Source of the DNA: Bilabrum cf. latius
Taxonomy: Eukaryota
Assembly (NCBI GenBank): GCA_965178125.1
Contig: OZ237737.1
Location: forward strand, 248,001 to 312,000
Length of the DNA: 64,000 nt
Direction: 5' to 3'
Shown: one piece after another, positions 10,710 to 23,738 of the stretch
Position numbering within the stretch: the first letter of the stretch is position 1
How the letters are laid out: each line of letters opens with the position of its first letter
Translations under genes and position numbers: made by a program
The notes under the pieces: model-generated
The model's input: only the letters and a program-made list of their open reading frames with translations
The model's database searches: none
Told to the model about the DNA's origin: nothing

Positions 10710-13700
10710 TTATTCTCCATTTCCACCCGCGGATGGTCCGGGTGCAGACCCCGCCCCGACGCCTTGCTGGTGCCTGCGAGCTAGCCAGACCTTCGCCTGT
10801 TTGTGGAGCAGCTTGGACGCGTGCTTCTCTCGGATCCCGTGCGCCAGCTTTGCTGTGGCTGTCTCTCTCTCCTGCTCTGCCACCGCCTCTGCAAGTGCCG
10901 CCTGCTCCTTCTCCCGCGTCTCCAGCGCCTCCTGGCGCGTCCTAGCCACGAGAGCAGCCTCTCTCAAGCGCTCGACCTCAGCCTCAAGTTCTCGAGCTCT
11001 GGACTCCGCCGCTGCTGCTCTCGCCTCTGCTCTCCCCGCCATCGTACGCAGCTGCCTGCGATCGTGCTTGGCATCTGCAGCCTGCTGCTGCAGCCTCACT
11101 GTCAGCGACGAGACCGCAGACCTTGTTTGCGGGTCATGCTGTGCTATCCCGATCCCCATGGCACCCCCTTGTTCCTCCCGCATGACCGTAGCATCATGGG
11201 GGATCGGCCTTCGTGAACCACTACTGGGTTGTCTCTGTAATGCCGCAGACCTATCACTCCTCCTCATTGGACTCACCTCGCCTATGCGAAAGGAATAGCT
11301 TTGTCCCGCTGATCCCATCGGTGATGGTGCTTTGTCCCCCCGAAGACCAGAGGTGACCGAGGCTGTGGCCGTGGGGCTTCTCACTCCGCTGCGGGGACTG
11401 CCAGAGACCATGCTGGAGCTCGGCTTCGGACTGGTTACCTGCATGGGAACAGCTTCCGGAGTTCCAAGCGCAGCACCTGCGCGCTCGCCCTTGCTCACCA
11501 ATGGAGCCGCCAGCGTCGCTGCTAAGGCGTCCCGAGCCTCTGCCTCTGCTTCCTTGTCCAGCTCGGATGCATCCATCTCAAGCAGGCGATCCACCTCTGC
11601 GGCCCGTCGAGTGATGGCCAGGATCTCGTCCGGGCTCTAGCCAATTGTGGCCACCAATGCCCCACCCTCCCCAGGCCTCCCGCCCGCAGAGAGCGGGGGC
11701 AGTCGCGAGGATCGATAAGCCACGGGTGATCGCTCGGCACTGCTTGTAGGAGGCACCCTCTACGCGTTTGAGATGGCGTGGTCTTGCTTTGCGTCTTGGT
11801 CACCAACGTACCAGTCTGCCGCTTGTTGAGGAGCTGGGGCTGCATGGCTGGCCTTGTGTTCTGACATATCGAGCTATGTGTCGCTTGCCTGCAATCCGCC
11901 ATAGCCTTGCGCAAAGTGGTGACGACCTTGATCATCCTATTGCTTGGCTCGGCTAGCACCGGCAACCATGGAGCGCAGCTGGCTGTGCATGCGCTCCATC
12001 TCGCCTCCGGGCGTGCCTCGGGCTGCCAGGGGAGCGCGGGCCGGCACCTCGAGCAGTTCAGAGATCCACACCATGTTCGCAGACGGTCCGAAGGCTGCGC
12101 TTCCATTGAAATGTGATGCCCTTGCGGCTTGGCCTTTCGGGGCTGTCCTGTGGCTTTGCATCCACACGCTGGGCGGCGATCTCGACATCCAGTGTACCAG
12201 CCACTCGTTGGTAGTGCCGCAAGACCGCGCCTCACGACTGCGGAGTGGCGAGCCACCCTCACTCTCTGCACCTTCACGACCGCTGTCTGAGTCGATCTGC
12301 GGCTCGGTTGACCCGAAAGCACGCGCCCAAGACTGTACGAGCTGCCACAGAAGTGGTGGGTCTCGCACGCTGCCCCCAGCAAACGGCATTGCGGACTCTG
12401 TGTGAACTGGTTGCCTGCATGCCTTGATCAGCTAGAGCTGTGCCCTCGCAGTTGCAGCAGCGCCGAGGTCGGGTGGCAGTGCCGACACCGAATCGATGGA
12501 TTCGCTCGAACCCGCCTCATCCACCTCGCTGCCCAGCATGGCAGTGCCGCGCCCCTGATTCTCGCGCGCCCGCCGCGCCTCTGCCTAGGCGGTCTGCGCC
12601 TCGAGCCGCATCGCGTCCTATACCGCAGACCCCACTACATCAGCGCCAGCCTGGCCCACCATACCCTGCAGCTCTTGCTTGGCCACCTACTCGGCGAAAT
12701 CGCCGGCACGCTGCGCAATCTGGCTGGCAACACGCCCGTCGGCAGGCTGTAGGAGGGCCCCAATAGCCCGGTCTAGTACCCCGCGCAGCATCACAACGCC
12801 TCGCGACCCATTGCTCGGAATATCCATGGCCTACTCAGGCGCATGGTTGTCGGCAGCAATGGCAAGTGCAGTCGCAGCCAGTAGGACGGTCTAGGGCGAA
12901 TCTAGGATCCTGCCACGGATCTTGCGAGCGGCCTCGCGCACCTTTCGCTCTCTCCCCGGGTCACGATGAGCCCTGTAGTGAGCCCTTGTCTATCTCGAGC
13001 CAGCGCGATTCCGATTGCCTCGACTGCTGCCCCTGCCTCGGGCTCCCGCGGTCTGCGTGCGTCTGGCTGGAGGCCCATCCATCCGGACACCTGCTCTGTT
13101 GCGCGACTTGCTGCGGCCACCCAATTCGGACTCATGCCCGCCTCCCACTTTCCCGGCTGATTCAGATGCAGCGCCGCATAGGACAGCCAGGTGCTGCTCA
13201 GCCGCCAGCTCCAGACCCAGCAAGGTCACTGCGAGGCCCAGCCGGGTCATGGAGCCGCTCTCGGCGAGCGATGCGGCGCCAGGCTCAGCGTTGCTACCGA
13301 GGAGATCGATCCCGATGCCAAGCTCCAACAGGCGGGCGCCTGCATGGCAGGCTGCTTGCCGCGCTACTGCCACGACGACGTCGATTGGGATCGCTCCCTC
13401 CGTTGTGCTGGCGCTGCCAGCCTCAAGACCCCACAGCAGCACTGGGACAGGAGCCTGCTTGAGGCTGTCGGAGACAAGGCCAGAAAGCTCAAAGGGCGCT
13501 CCGTGGGGCACGCGTCGCCTGACCAATGCTCCGGACACCGCGTCGCCGATGGCCGCAGAAACGGCTGCTTCGGGTGGGGCCAACGTCGGGACCGGCATCG
13601 CGCTGGTTGCAGGCTGCAAGCCGTGCGGCACGACAGCGAGCGACGGTAGGAACTGAACCGAAATACCGATCCAGATCGACTGGGGGATCAGATCATCGCC

Positions 13701-16700
13701 AGGGAAAACCCCGCCGTGTGCCAGGCGTCGTGCACTGGTAGGGTCAACAGTCGCTCGCACCGCGGTGCGATGCACCTCAAAAGGCCGGCTCACCACGTTG
13801 TCAATGGGCAGCATGGCGGCGGCCGGCAGAGCGGCCAGCTGGCGCCCCGTTTCGCAGGTGACAGACACTAGCACGGGCTGGTTGCTGCTCCATTCCACCC
13901 TTCGAAGCTGCGCCGCAAGCGAGGCCTGAGCTCCGCCGCTTCCTGCCATGCCATCCGATACGTGCGAGGCGTCCACATGAACGAGAGGAAGCGACCCAGC
14001 AAGCACGTTGACTGCGCTAAAGCTGCTGGAACCCTCGAACACGTGTGCGCTCTCCTCATCTGCAGGCCGCCCCTTGCCGCTGAGGGACCCACCTTCTTCT
14101 GTGGGCCGTTGCATCCGGCTAGCCACTCTTGGCTCCAGCCGAATTCCGCTTGCATCGTTGGCGCTGTCAGCACCGTGCGCATCTCCGGCCCTATGTACTG
14201 CATCTAGGTCCTGACGAAGGGCCGAAGTCCATCGTGCGGATGTCTTGGCGGAGTGGCGGGCACCGTACACTGCCTCAAGCTCGCCTGCCTCTTCGCCCCG
14301 GCTTCCACTCGTCCGCGCGTGGCGGCGCAGACCGCAAGACGCACTTGTCACAGAGACAGCCTGGCCGGAATCCACAGCAACGGCAGAGGTGCTCACGCTG
14401 ATGTACAGCCGACCGTACGCCCCAAGCCCTTGGCACCGGAACTCGATTGATGCCTCCTGAGCTATTTGCTCTGCGGAGCTAGCGCTGCCTGTGCCGGCTG
14501 ACCCCCCGGCGTCTGTCCTCTTTGGCAGAGCGGTGGTCTGAAGCGCATATGGCAGGAACGTGACCTTGGAAGTCAGCTGTCCAGCTCCTCGAGGGATGGA
14601 CCTTGCGCGACCTGCGGGCAGCATCGCCCATTTTTCTGCCTCCGGCAGGGTGGGGTCCCGGATGGGAAGGCGGATGGTGACACCGTCCCGGAAGAGGCAC
14701 CATGCCTTGAGTTTCTGGCGAAGCACTGCCCCCGCACTCTTCCGCTGATCCTCTGGCTTTGAAGTGCTTTTGCTGGTGCGCGATCCGTGACTTTCAACTC
14801 CATCGATCCAGTCCAGCAGCTCCACCAAAGAGGCCGTACCGGCCACCATGGCAGCATCCGTGTCTGTTTCCACCGCGCGGTCGCTAGACCCACCTTCAAG
14901 GGCAAGCATACCCCCTGTGTTGCCTCCGGATTCGTCTTGCTGCACGCCCAGTCGGATCGAACGAACGTGGATCCGGAGCTGTGGCTTGCCGCCCGCGAAT
15001 GCGTGAGGCGTAGGAAGCACGAAGCGCGGGGCTGCGCCACCAGCCCTCCGCCCGCCTGCCGCAGACAGCCCCGTACCGCCACCAAGTCGAAAGGACCGTC
15101 CTCGATTGGGCCCACCCCCGGTAGCCGAGCCAAAGCTCGGTACCCTGCTAACCCCTTCACCGTGCGAGTGCGGGGTGCCTGGCCCTGCGGTGCGGAACGA
15201 CGAGCCCCGCTGCAGGAGGTTGCGGGAACTCCCGACTCTCCGCGGATCGTTGCCATCCACAGCGCCTCCATGCATGGTAGCGGGCACGACTGCCGCTGCT
15301 CGCGGCAGCACGAGCGATCCTCTGTACCTCAGCGATGCCACCAGGTCTCGCAGCTGCGTGGCTGGCTCGCCATCGACGGGTGCCTCGACTCCCGTGTCCC
15401 CGAAAGTGCCCTGGTCTCCACTACTGCGAGCCTATGAGCTACCGTATGTGTCCCGTATCAAGCTATCGTTTGCATTAACCGTGGATCGAGGCTCTGGCTC
15501 GCCGCCCAGAGGATCTGTCTCAATCCTGGGCGGCCCCTCCCTGCTTGCATCGAGCGCGACCCGCTTGACAGGGAGCGCCTCTGTGGCAGCAAGCAGCGCC
15601 GGCTTGGGCGGGGGCAGGCCGTGCCTCTATCCCGGCCGGGGAGCGGGTGCCGAACCCGGCGCCACCGCTGCCGCTGCCTCCACCCAGAGCTAATCCCCGC
15701 CCGCAGCGACCAGCACGCCGCGCAGCCTGACCCCGGACATGGTCAGGCAACCCGCCACCACGTCAGGTCGCGCGCGTCGCAGCCTGCTTCCGCCGAGCGA
15801 TCCTTGGCTGCGCAGAGGCGCATTTGAAGCGCCGTGCGCCCCGCCCTCCTGGGCTCTGGAGCTGCCCGCCGCTATGCTAGGGGAGGACCTCGCCGCTCGC
15901 AAGGGGGGAAGGCCGTGCTTGCCCTTGCTATGCTTGCTCTCTCCATTGCGGTCGCGATCAGCTCGCTGCCGCATGCTACGCCTCCTGTGCTTGCCGTGCT
16001 CCACCCGTCCAAGCCCGCTGGCTTGGTCCGCCTCCGAATTTGGGTCCTGCATCATTGGAGGCAGCACGGCCGCAGCTAGCGCCTCCTATTCTGCGACCCG
16101 CTGCGACCTCGAGGGAACAAACGAGGCTTGTAGCGTGGCAAACCCCGCGTGCTGCAGGCCCTGATTTCCAGCAGCGCCGGGACCGGGGAACAAGAGAGGC
16201 ACGCAAAGAGCAATGTTTCCGGTGGATGCTTGCACTACCTCCGCCGGCACGACTAGCCAACCGACCGCCACCACGGACTCTGTGCTGGCTGCATCTGACT
16301 CCGCCACGTCTCGAGCAGCCTGTGCAAGCTGCGCGGCCGTTGACTGCATGTCGGTGGCCGCCTTCGTAACCCTCTCCCTTCCTCTTGCACAATGTGCGTC
16401 TAGATCCATGCCGTCGTGCAGCTGGGTTCCTCGCTTGGTGCTCGCTCGGATGGTCACCTGAAGCACGTGGCTCGGCCGCAACGACTATCTGGGGAGAGCC
16501 CGGGTGGCTGGCAGTGTGACGAGTGGCAGCGTGGGAAACACGACGGTGCCTCTGCACGGCAGAGTGGCGTGCACGGGCACGGTGCCTGCCGCCCCGGGAG
16601 CAGGCACGAGCGCATCAGCAGCAGCCTAAACAGAAGCCCTCCAGCCCGTTGTAACAGTACCATGACGAGCGAGCTAGCCGGCCCATATGCCCGTGTCACC

Positions 16701-18053
16701 CTGTCCAGTAGCACTGCTTCCTCCAACGGTCTTGCGAAAGGCGCCGCGCACATCGATCGACCTGGCTCCGCTGCCCCTGGCTCTCACCACCGCAGCAGCC
16801 TCGAGGCCCCCCCTGCTGGCAAGCACCCCGGCATCGCTCGTCCTGTCTGACAAGCCAGTGTGTGTGTCTTCCGCTCCGCGGTGCTGCTGCTCCTGCCGCT
16901 GCTGCTGCCTACTAGATACCCCCTGAGGCGGGTGGAGGGCAGGAAGCCACCGGGAGCCTCCCAGCCCAGGCCTGCCAGTGGCGGCGGGTGCTCTGGCTCC
17001 CTGCAAGAGACCCATGTGCACGCGCTTGCTCATCGCACCCGCCACGGCAGGACCGACGATTCCGCCCGCCAGCCCCCATTCACTCGTCACACGGCAGGCA
17101 GAGCTACCGAACCCGCTTGCTGTGAATTTGGTGGCGCTGCTCGAACGGTGCCCAGCCAAGTCCAACCAGCCCACTCTTCCTGTTGACCGCTGCAGTGATG
17201 AATGTTTCGGGTCAATATGGTGTCCGATGTCTCTGGCGCCGAGAAGAGGTACCACCACGTCCCCATCCCCATCCTGCCAGCTGCTGCCGCTGCCGCTGCT
17301 CGAATGGCTACCTACGCTGCTGCCGTCCATGTCGCTGGAGCTATCGCTAAACACTTCCATCTACCAAGTCTTATCAACCTGTAGAGCGGTGACAGCTTGG
17401 TTTCCCCCACTGCTATAGGCTTTGGCAAAGCGACCGGCTCCAGAGGCTGAGCGAGCAGACGCAGCAGATACGACATCTCCCTCGAAGGCAGGCAGAACTT
17501 GAGCGTCAGCACGAAGCCCAGCACCAACTGCAAGATTATGGTCTAGTCTAAGACCCATAACTCTGATTTCAGACACTACCATTGATCGCGGGAGGTGACT
17601 GTTGGAGCCCACCTTGCTCGGAGACTTGCCGCGCTCGATGGTCACGACTGCAAAGCCCTGTAGCCCGTCGGAGTGATACAAGCTTACAATAATCGTACAG
17701 GAGGCATTGCAGCGCACGCCGTCACTGCTGCGACAGAGCATGTGGTCGCAGCAGAAGCATCCATGTGCAACGGCTACGCCCTGTCGGTGAGTATCTAGCG
17801 CAATGATGGCACTAGTCTTGCTCGCAAACCCTTGAGAGGTAGAGTCTGAGAGCTGTACTTTAACGAATCTCCCACTTTCCGGCCTATATGTCTGCAGACT
17901 ATCGCGGCACGAAGAGTCCGGTCCAACACGGCGAAGCCTTACTGGCTGATGCGTGAGCCCTGCGAGCACGCGACATTCCAACATATCAGCTGGCTGTCGC
18001 TTTCCATTACTTCTGTCTGCAAAATAAATCGCCTGGATGCGCACTCGCAGCAT
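10710..18053 (-). CDS. Large hypothetical protein (~2,450 aa) with C-terminal coiled coil
   Basis: Seven listed ORFs share one frame. The gaps, read codon by codon, contain 19 TAG and no TAA/TGA; terminal TAA at 10710. The start (MLRVRIQAIYF) is inferred. Confidence 0.7.
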
Positions 18054-18168
18054 GAAGTACCTGGACTGGGCGATCCGCAGCGGTGCTGCCACTGCCAGTG
18101 GCAGCTCCGAATCTGTCTCAGCGGTTCCAATTGTTTGCTCGAAGAATGGACCGAGAAGCGCCGTTGCA

Positions 18169-18888
18169 TTACCCTATTTCCCTCGTAAACTGCTACACTA
18201 TATTCTAGCGCACGGCTGCGGCTATATCCTTGGGGGAACGACATTGCCCAGTGGCGACAATTGCAGGTGCTACCCTAGTACTTGCAACCGGGGCCCTCCC
18301 AATTCTCGCGTTGACCAGGCGCGTGCCGTTTTGTATCCGCTCAAGAACCCTTCGTATGGTGTACCCCCTTCCTGGGGCGTGGTGCGATCTGCTGCTCGGA
18401 GCAGATGGACGCAACAGCTTGAAGTTCTTCCAGTGGGCAATGGTGGCAATCATCTTGACGGCTCGCTGCAACCGCTCGCTGCTATTTCTACCGGCAGGAC
18501 TGGGTGGTGACCGGAAGCGACTGTAAATGTCCGTTGAAATGCAGGCTCCCACCTGCCTGGCCACAGCAATGCTTGCCGGCACGATGACCTGCTTGAGTAC
18601 ATAGCTTACCGCCTTCACCACAAACTTAGGCGGCTCCTCCACACCGATGGCTGTGGAGAAAACGTGTACCAGGACATTGCCAAGCAATGAGCCAGCTCGT
18701 TTCCCCACAATCTCCCCGACTGCCTCGCCCATGCCGCTGCCAGTCTGGCAAGCATCGCGCATCGTGCCCATGTTGAGGTATGCAGCAGTGGGTGCCGGCA
18801 CTGACCCATCTGCCAACGAGCACGGGCCTGGCGAGGGGGAGGGGTTGATAAGACATACCAATATAAGAACGCCTGCGATGGTCTTCAT
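18169..18888 (-). CDS. Hypothetical protein with signal-peptide-like N-terminus
   Basis: MKTIAGVLILVCLI start; reads through two TAGs to TAA 18169. No recognised family. Confidence 0.4.
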
Positions 18889-19528
18889 GTTTTTCCTGTT
18901 GAATTGTGCTGGCTGGCTCGCACTTGTCCGGGAGCCGGATTCTCGATCCGATCCTGCTTAGTTCAAACCGGAACTGCTTGCGGCTGCTGGCTGAAGCCAG
19001 CAGTTGCGTGTTTCTTCATAGGTCCGCGCTGGACTCGATTCTTTTTCTTAGTGGTAATGCATGCATGACCACTAAGGCTCATTGTCTGGCTGAGAGTCTC
19101 GGGACAAAGCTGCACGGACCGCAGAATAGAATCCCAGCGACAGACACCCGACCTCCTGCCCTAGCGACCACTGCCAGTGGCACGATGATACTGTGTTCGG
19201 TTTGCTCCATGGAGGACATGGAATGCCTGATCCACTCCGACGGGCCGGATCGACTGCCAGTGCCACTGGCAGCACGAAGGCCTCTGGCCCCCTCGCCTTT
19301 GCCCCTGCCACCGTGACCACTGGCATCGTCGCAGTGTTCGCATAGGCCTTTCTCGCTACCGGGGTTCACCCCTGTCGTGGTCGATCATGCGTTCCGACCC
19401 CTGCCCCTAGAATCCATCCTGTCGTCACGTTGTGTGCATGCTCGGCAAGCTGTGCTGGAGGACTCGTCACACGGCGGCACTCACACTCTGCGATGAGCCA
19501 CAGACACTGGGTAATTCAAGCGCTCCCC

Positions 19529-20875
19529 ATGAGCGGTGTCGCAGATTGGTTCGGCTCTGTTGCTTCGTATGCAGCAGAAAGTGTGCAAGCTGTCGCAGAT
19601 GCGGCAGCCAAGCATCACCAGAAGTTCTAGGCAGAACTTGAAAAGGTGCAAGTTACGGACAGCGGCGAGACATTCGATGACGACGCACTACCGTGGGAAA
19701 GGTTCCCTGATCCGAATTCAGAGGCTGCAAAAGAAGTGAAAGACCTCGTTTTGCGAATATCTGCAGACGATTCAGCCTTTCTGCAGCCACCGCCAGAGTC
19801 GATGGATTTCGAGTTCCAATGGAAAGGGGCGATTCAGGTCGCTAGAAGACTGCTCGATGCTGATGAAACATTGCGACACAAGCGAAGCAAACTTGTTCCA
19901 TTGACGCTTGCGGATGAGGCTTTTTGGAGGAACTACTTCTATCGCGTAGCAGTAGTTGAGGATGCCTACGGAATCCGTAATCCGTATAGCTCGCTGAACG
20001 CATACGGGCACGACAGGCGCACACTCAGCGAGGCAGGAACCAGAGTGGAAGCTGATTGTGAGCCGAGCCGAGCGAGCGATGACGGCACCGCGGCCCTGCC
20101 TGCTTTGCCAGGTCATCGAGCCTCGACAGCTGGCAGCACTGCGACCAGCCGAAGCCCCGACCAGTCGGCCGCAGGCACCTCACGTGCAACGGTGCAAGGC
20201 CAGACTGCGTCTAGTTCATCGACTGAGCGTGGTGCTGGCGCTTTACCGGCACGAGGAGGGGCTGGGGAGGGATTATCTGCGTCATGGTCACAGGCAATAC
20301 CGGACGCGGTGGCGAAGGGAGCCATCAGCGGAGGGCCCGACCTGAAGATGAAGATGGAGCAGGGTGGGGATGCCAAGTAGGACGAAAGCGGAGCTTCAGG
20401 CATGCTAAGGGGTAGCGGGGTCGGCCAGGAGGACGAGCCCGAGCGCGGTGAGGAAGGTGCCGCCAGAGGGGAAAGGGGCAGTGGCGCAGGGGCTGGGGCT
20501 GAGTCGGACCTGCTGGAGGACGACGACTTCGAGGCTGCGCTGGAGGCGGCCATGCAGGCGGAGCTCGATGGAGGTGTGACGAGTGATGCAGCCAGAGGTG
20601 CTGAGGGTGGTGATGCCCAGGCTGGGTCAGATGAGACCAGGGAGCCGGAGAGCGCGGTGGCATCTGTGGAAGCCGGGGTCGATCCCAGCCGAGCTCCGGC
20701 TGCTGCTTCGACGGAGACAGGTGCTGAGGCTATGCCGGGGTCTGAAGCAGAGAGTGGGATGGAAGCTTAGTCGGGCGCTGGGGCGGAGTCGACCGCAGCT
20801 ACGGAGGTGGATCTATCTGCGATGGATGATGACGAGCTCGAGGCGGCCGTGGCGGCAGAGCTGGACGACTTGTGA
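19529..20875 (+). CDS. BSD-domain protein (SYAP1/Sap47-like)
   Basis: LPWE...LRISAD...FLQPPP...KLVP...DEAFWRNYFYRV; acidic tail. TAG 19628, 20378, 20768; ends TGA. Confidence 0.8.
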
Positions 20876-20995
20876 CGAACGCAGCGAGCGGCTTGTTGTA
20901 AGATTGTTCAAAGATTTGATAGCTACACAGCCTATCTATGCATGCAAGCCAAAATCGCGTCGCATGGTAGGACGAGGAGGAGCAGCTCGACTCGC

Positions 20996-23543
20996 TCAAG
21001 CGGCGTCGAACCGAAGCACCTGCGTCGAACTGCACGGACCCAGCGCCAGCGCCGCACTCGTCACGCTGATAACCTTGTTGTCCTGCGACGGAACTAGGCA
21101 CATGCCAGGGCATTCTTCGCTACGGATCAAGCCAGAAACCGGGTCATGATGGAAGGACACGGACCGCTGGGGCGGCCCCCTGAGGCCATCCTCCTGCTCA
21201 ATGGACGATTCGCTCGCAGTGGCATCGACGTGCGAGCACGAGCCGAGCCACAAGGTGTTGCCCTCGATGCACATACCCCGCCCGCCGAACCCGTCCGGAT
21301 ACCAGCTCTCGAGCTTGGTGCAGGCGGCCGGGAATGCACCGCTCTGCAGTGGGGCGGACACCTGCTCCCCTGCGGAACTCACGCCGCGGCCCCACGCCCA
21401 CCGACTACCACGGCCGTCGCATCCCCCCAAAACCGGAACTGCATGGCGCCTCAGGCCGTCGAGCAACGTCAGGCACTTGCCCGACTCGCGGTCCACGAGC
21501 TGCTGCCCCCCCTGGGGCTGTTCCCCATCAGCGGCGGGCAGCCTCCACCGCTCTGCTTGGGTGTGCTTGGGCGCGGCGCACTGGCTCTCGTTCACGCGCG
21601 AGTTCTAAATGGAGGACTTGAAGGTGGCCAGAGCGGACCTCATGTTGTCGCAGAGGGGCTGGTTGTCCTTGCACACGTTGTTCGTCTCGGTCGGGTCGGA
21701 GTGCAGGTCAAAGAGGCACCCGTCGGGGCACGGGTCCTTGACCTTGCCCCACGGCGGCAGGAACTCGTCACACTGTCCCTTCTGGGGGTGCTGCACGAGC
21801 TTCCAGTACGTGGACCCGTCCGCGGACTGGTTCACGAGGGCGTACTGCCCGCTCTGCGCGAAGCCGAGCACCTGCCCGCGCCCGGAGCCGTCCCCGCTCG
21901 ACCCCTCGAGCAGAGGCAGGATGGATTGGCCGTCCTGGGCCCATTCCGGGTGCGGGTGCTTCACGCCTGTGGCGTCGAGGAATGTGGGGAGCCAGTCCAC
22001 GGTGGAGGCCACCCTGTTTGTGTGCCTGTTCTCGGTGATCTGGGCGGGCCAGTGGATCAGGGCTGGCACGTTGATGCCGCCCTGGAAGATGGAAGCTTTG
22101 CACTGGCGATTCCCGTTCGAGGCGGCCAGCTGCCCGCTCGGGCGCGTGTGCCCCGAGGTGTGCGGCCCATTATCGGGGCTCCACGCCATGACAGTGTCGT
22201 TGAAGACGCCCCTCTGCTTGAGGCCATTTACCAGCGTGCCAAGCGCCGCGTCCATCTGCGTGATGGTGCCCAGGTAGTCCCCTGCTGGGTCCCCGTTGGG
22301 GTCCGTGTAGGCGTGGTAGAACTCGGGGAGGGAGGGGTGCGGGACGTGGTTGGTGTGGATGTGGAAAAACACGAAGAAGGGCTTGCTGGGGTCCGTTCTG
22401 TTGTCCAGGAACTGCATGAGCTGGTCCACCATAAAGGCCGTGTCATCGCCTGTGATCTTAGAGGTGAGGTTCTGGACGCAGTCCCTGGGGCATCGGGCGG
22501 GGTCTAGGCACTCGGGGCGGCTGGATGCACCCGGTGCGTAGCTCCAGTAGTTTGTGCACTCGAGCGACTTGCGGGTCCAGTTGCCGCCCCCGACGATGCA
22601 GCCGTCCCCCTCCTGGGCCCAGGCAGGGTTGCAGCCACAGTTTGTGGTGGAAGAGGCAGCGCTTGCCTCGGTGGCCAGCCAGAAGTCAAAGCCCATCATG
22701 CCCGGGTGCATGGCAGGCCACTTTTTGTCCGCGTACGTCTTGTGGGGATCCCCATTCTTGTTCCAGAAGTTGCCTAGCTGCGAAACAGAGTGTGCCAGGT
22801 CGAGGCAGATGACAACGCGATCCACGCACGAAATGCAGTGGAGCGGCCCAGTTCTAAAAGGGCATCAATATTTGGCTTACGTGGTGCTTGCCGATGAATG
22901 CTGTATCGTATCCTGCCTGCTTCGCAGCCTAGGCGGCGGTGAATGTCGTTGGCGGGTAGGGAAGATCGTCATAGCAGGACCAGGCTGGCTCTTGCCCGCA
23001 GCCCTCCGCGTTATCAATACACTCTCGCTCTGGCGTCCGGCCGCTGCGATGCAAGGAGAGACCTGACGAATCGCCCGGCCATCATGCGATTGGATCGAAC
23101 TTGAAGTTGGTGCCTGCAGAAGATCGATCCGTGCCATCCTTACCTCAATAAGGAACTTCTGGTCGGAGAGCATACAGCAGAGCCAGAATACCAAGAATCA
23201 AATCGAATCGAATGGCTGCTTGATGCGAGGGCATCCAAATTAGGAGTCTTGGGCGAGTTTAGCTGCCAGCGGCGGCCTCCAGCGCCGGGCTGCAGCGCTC
23301 TAGCAGCATTATAGCCGACATCACCTTGGCCCATATCGTCAGCGCTGCGTATATGAAGTGTATAGGTTATCAAGCTACCCGCTGGTGACGATGATTTGGC
23401 ACTGGCGGGGTTATCCAACCCGACAGCTCTTACAGCATAAACAGCCAGTTCGTTGGCGCGCCAGTCCCGTGGGAACCGCACAGCAATGCTCCGACTATAC
23501 ACAGACCAATCCACTGGGCTGTTGGGGGGCATAGAACCCGCAT
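20996..23543 (-). CDS. Secreted arylsulfatase (formylglycine-dependent) with C-terminal ricin B-like lectin region; 4 exons
   Basis: PTNWLFMLADDMG, TPNLDALA, CSPTR (CxPxR), AA*AAKQAGYDTAFIGKHHLG, PDNGP, GGINVPALIHWP, LFDLHSDPTE. TAG 22929 and 21605; ends TGA. Confidence 0.85.
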
Positions 23544-23738
23544 ATCGGGTAAACTGTGCGGGATACGATGCGAGCCGAAGCGTAGTACGACGGCACACGA
23601 TTGCGTAAAGAAATGAAAATCGAACAGAATCTACTGTGTGTAAACAAGTGCACAGAACCAATAGGCTCTACAGCTACCTGGCAGACAACGTGCCTCCCAA
23701 AGGCGGGCGTGGTCCGAAAGACTCAACCGCGCCATCCA

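Noticed and set aside
18900-19500. Short ORFs between the secreted hypothetical gene and the BSD gene
   Set aside because: No recognisable motifs or consistent frame; left unannotated.
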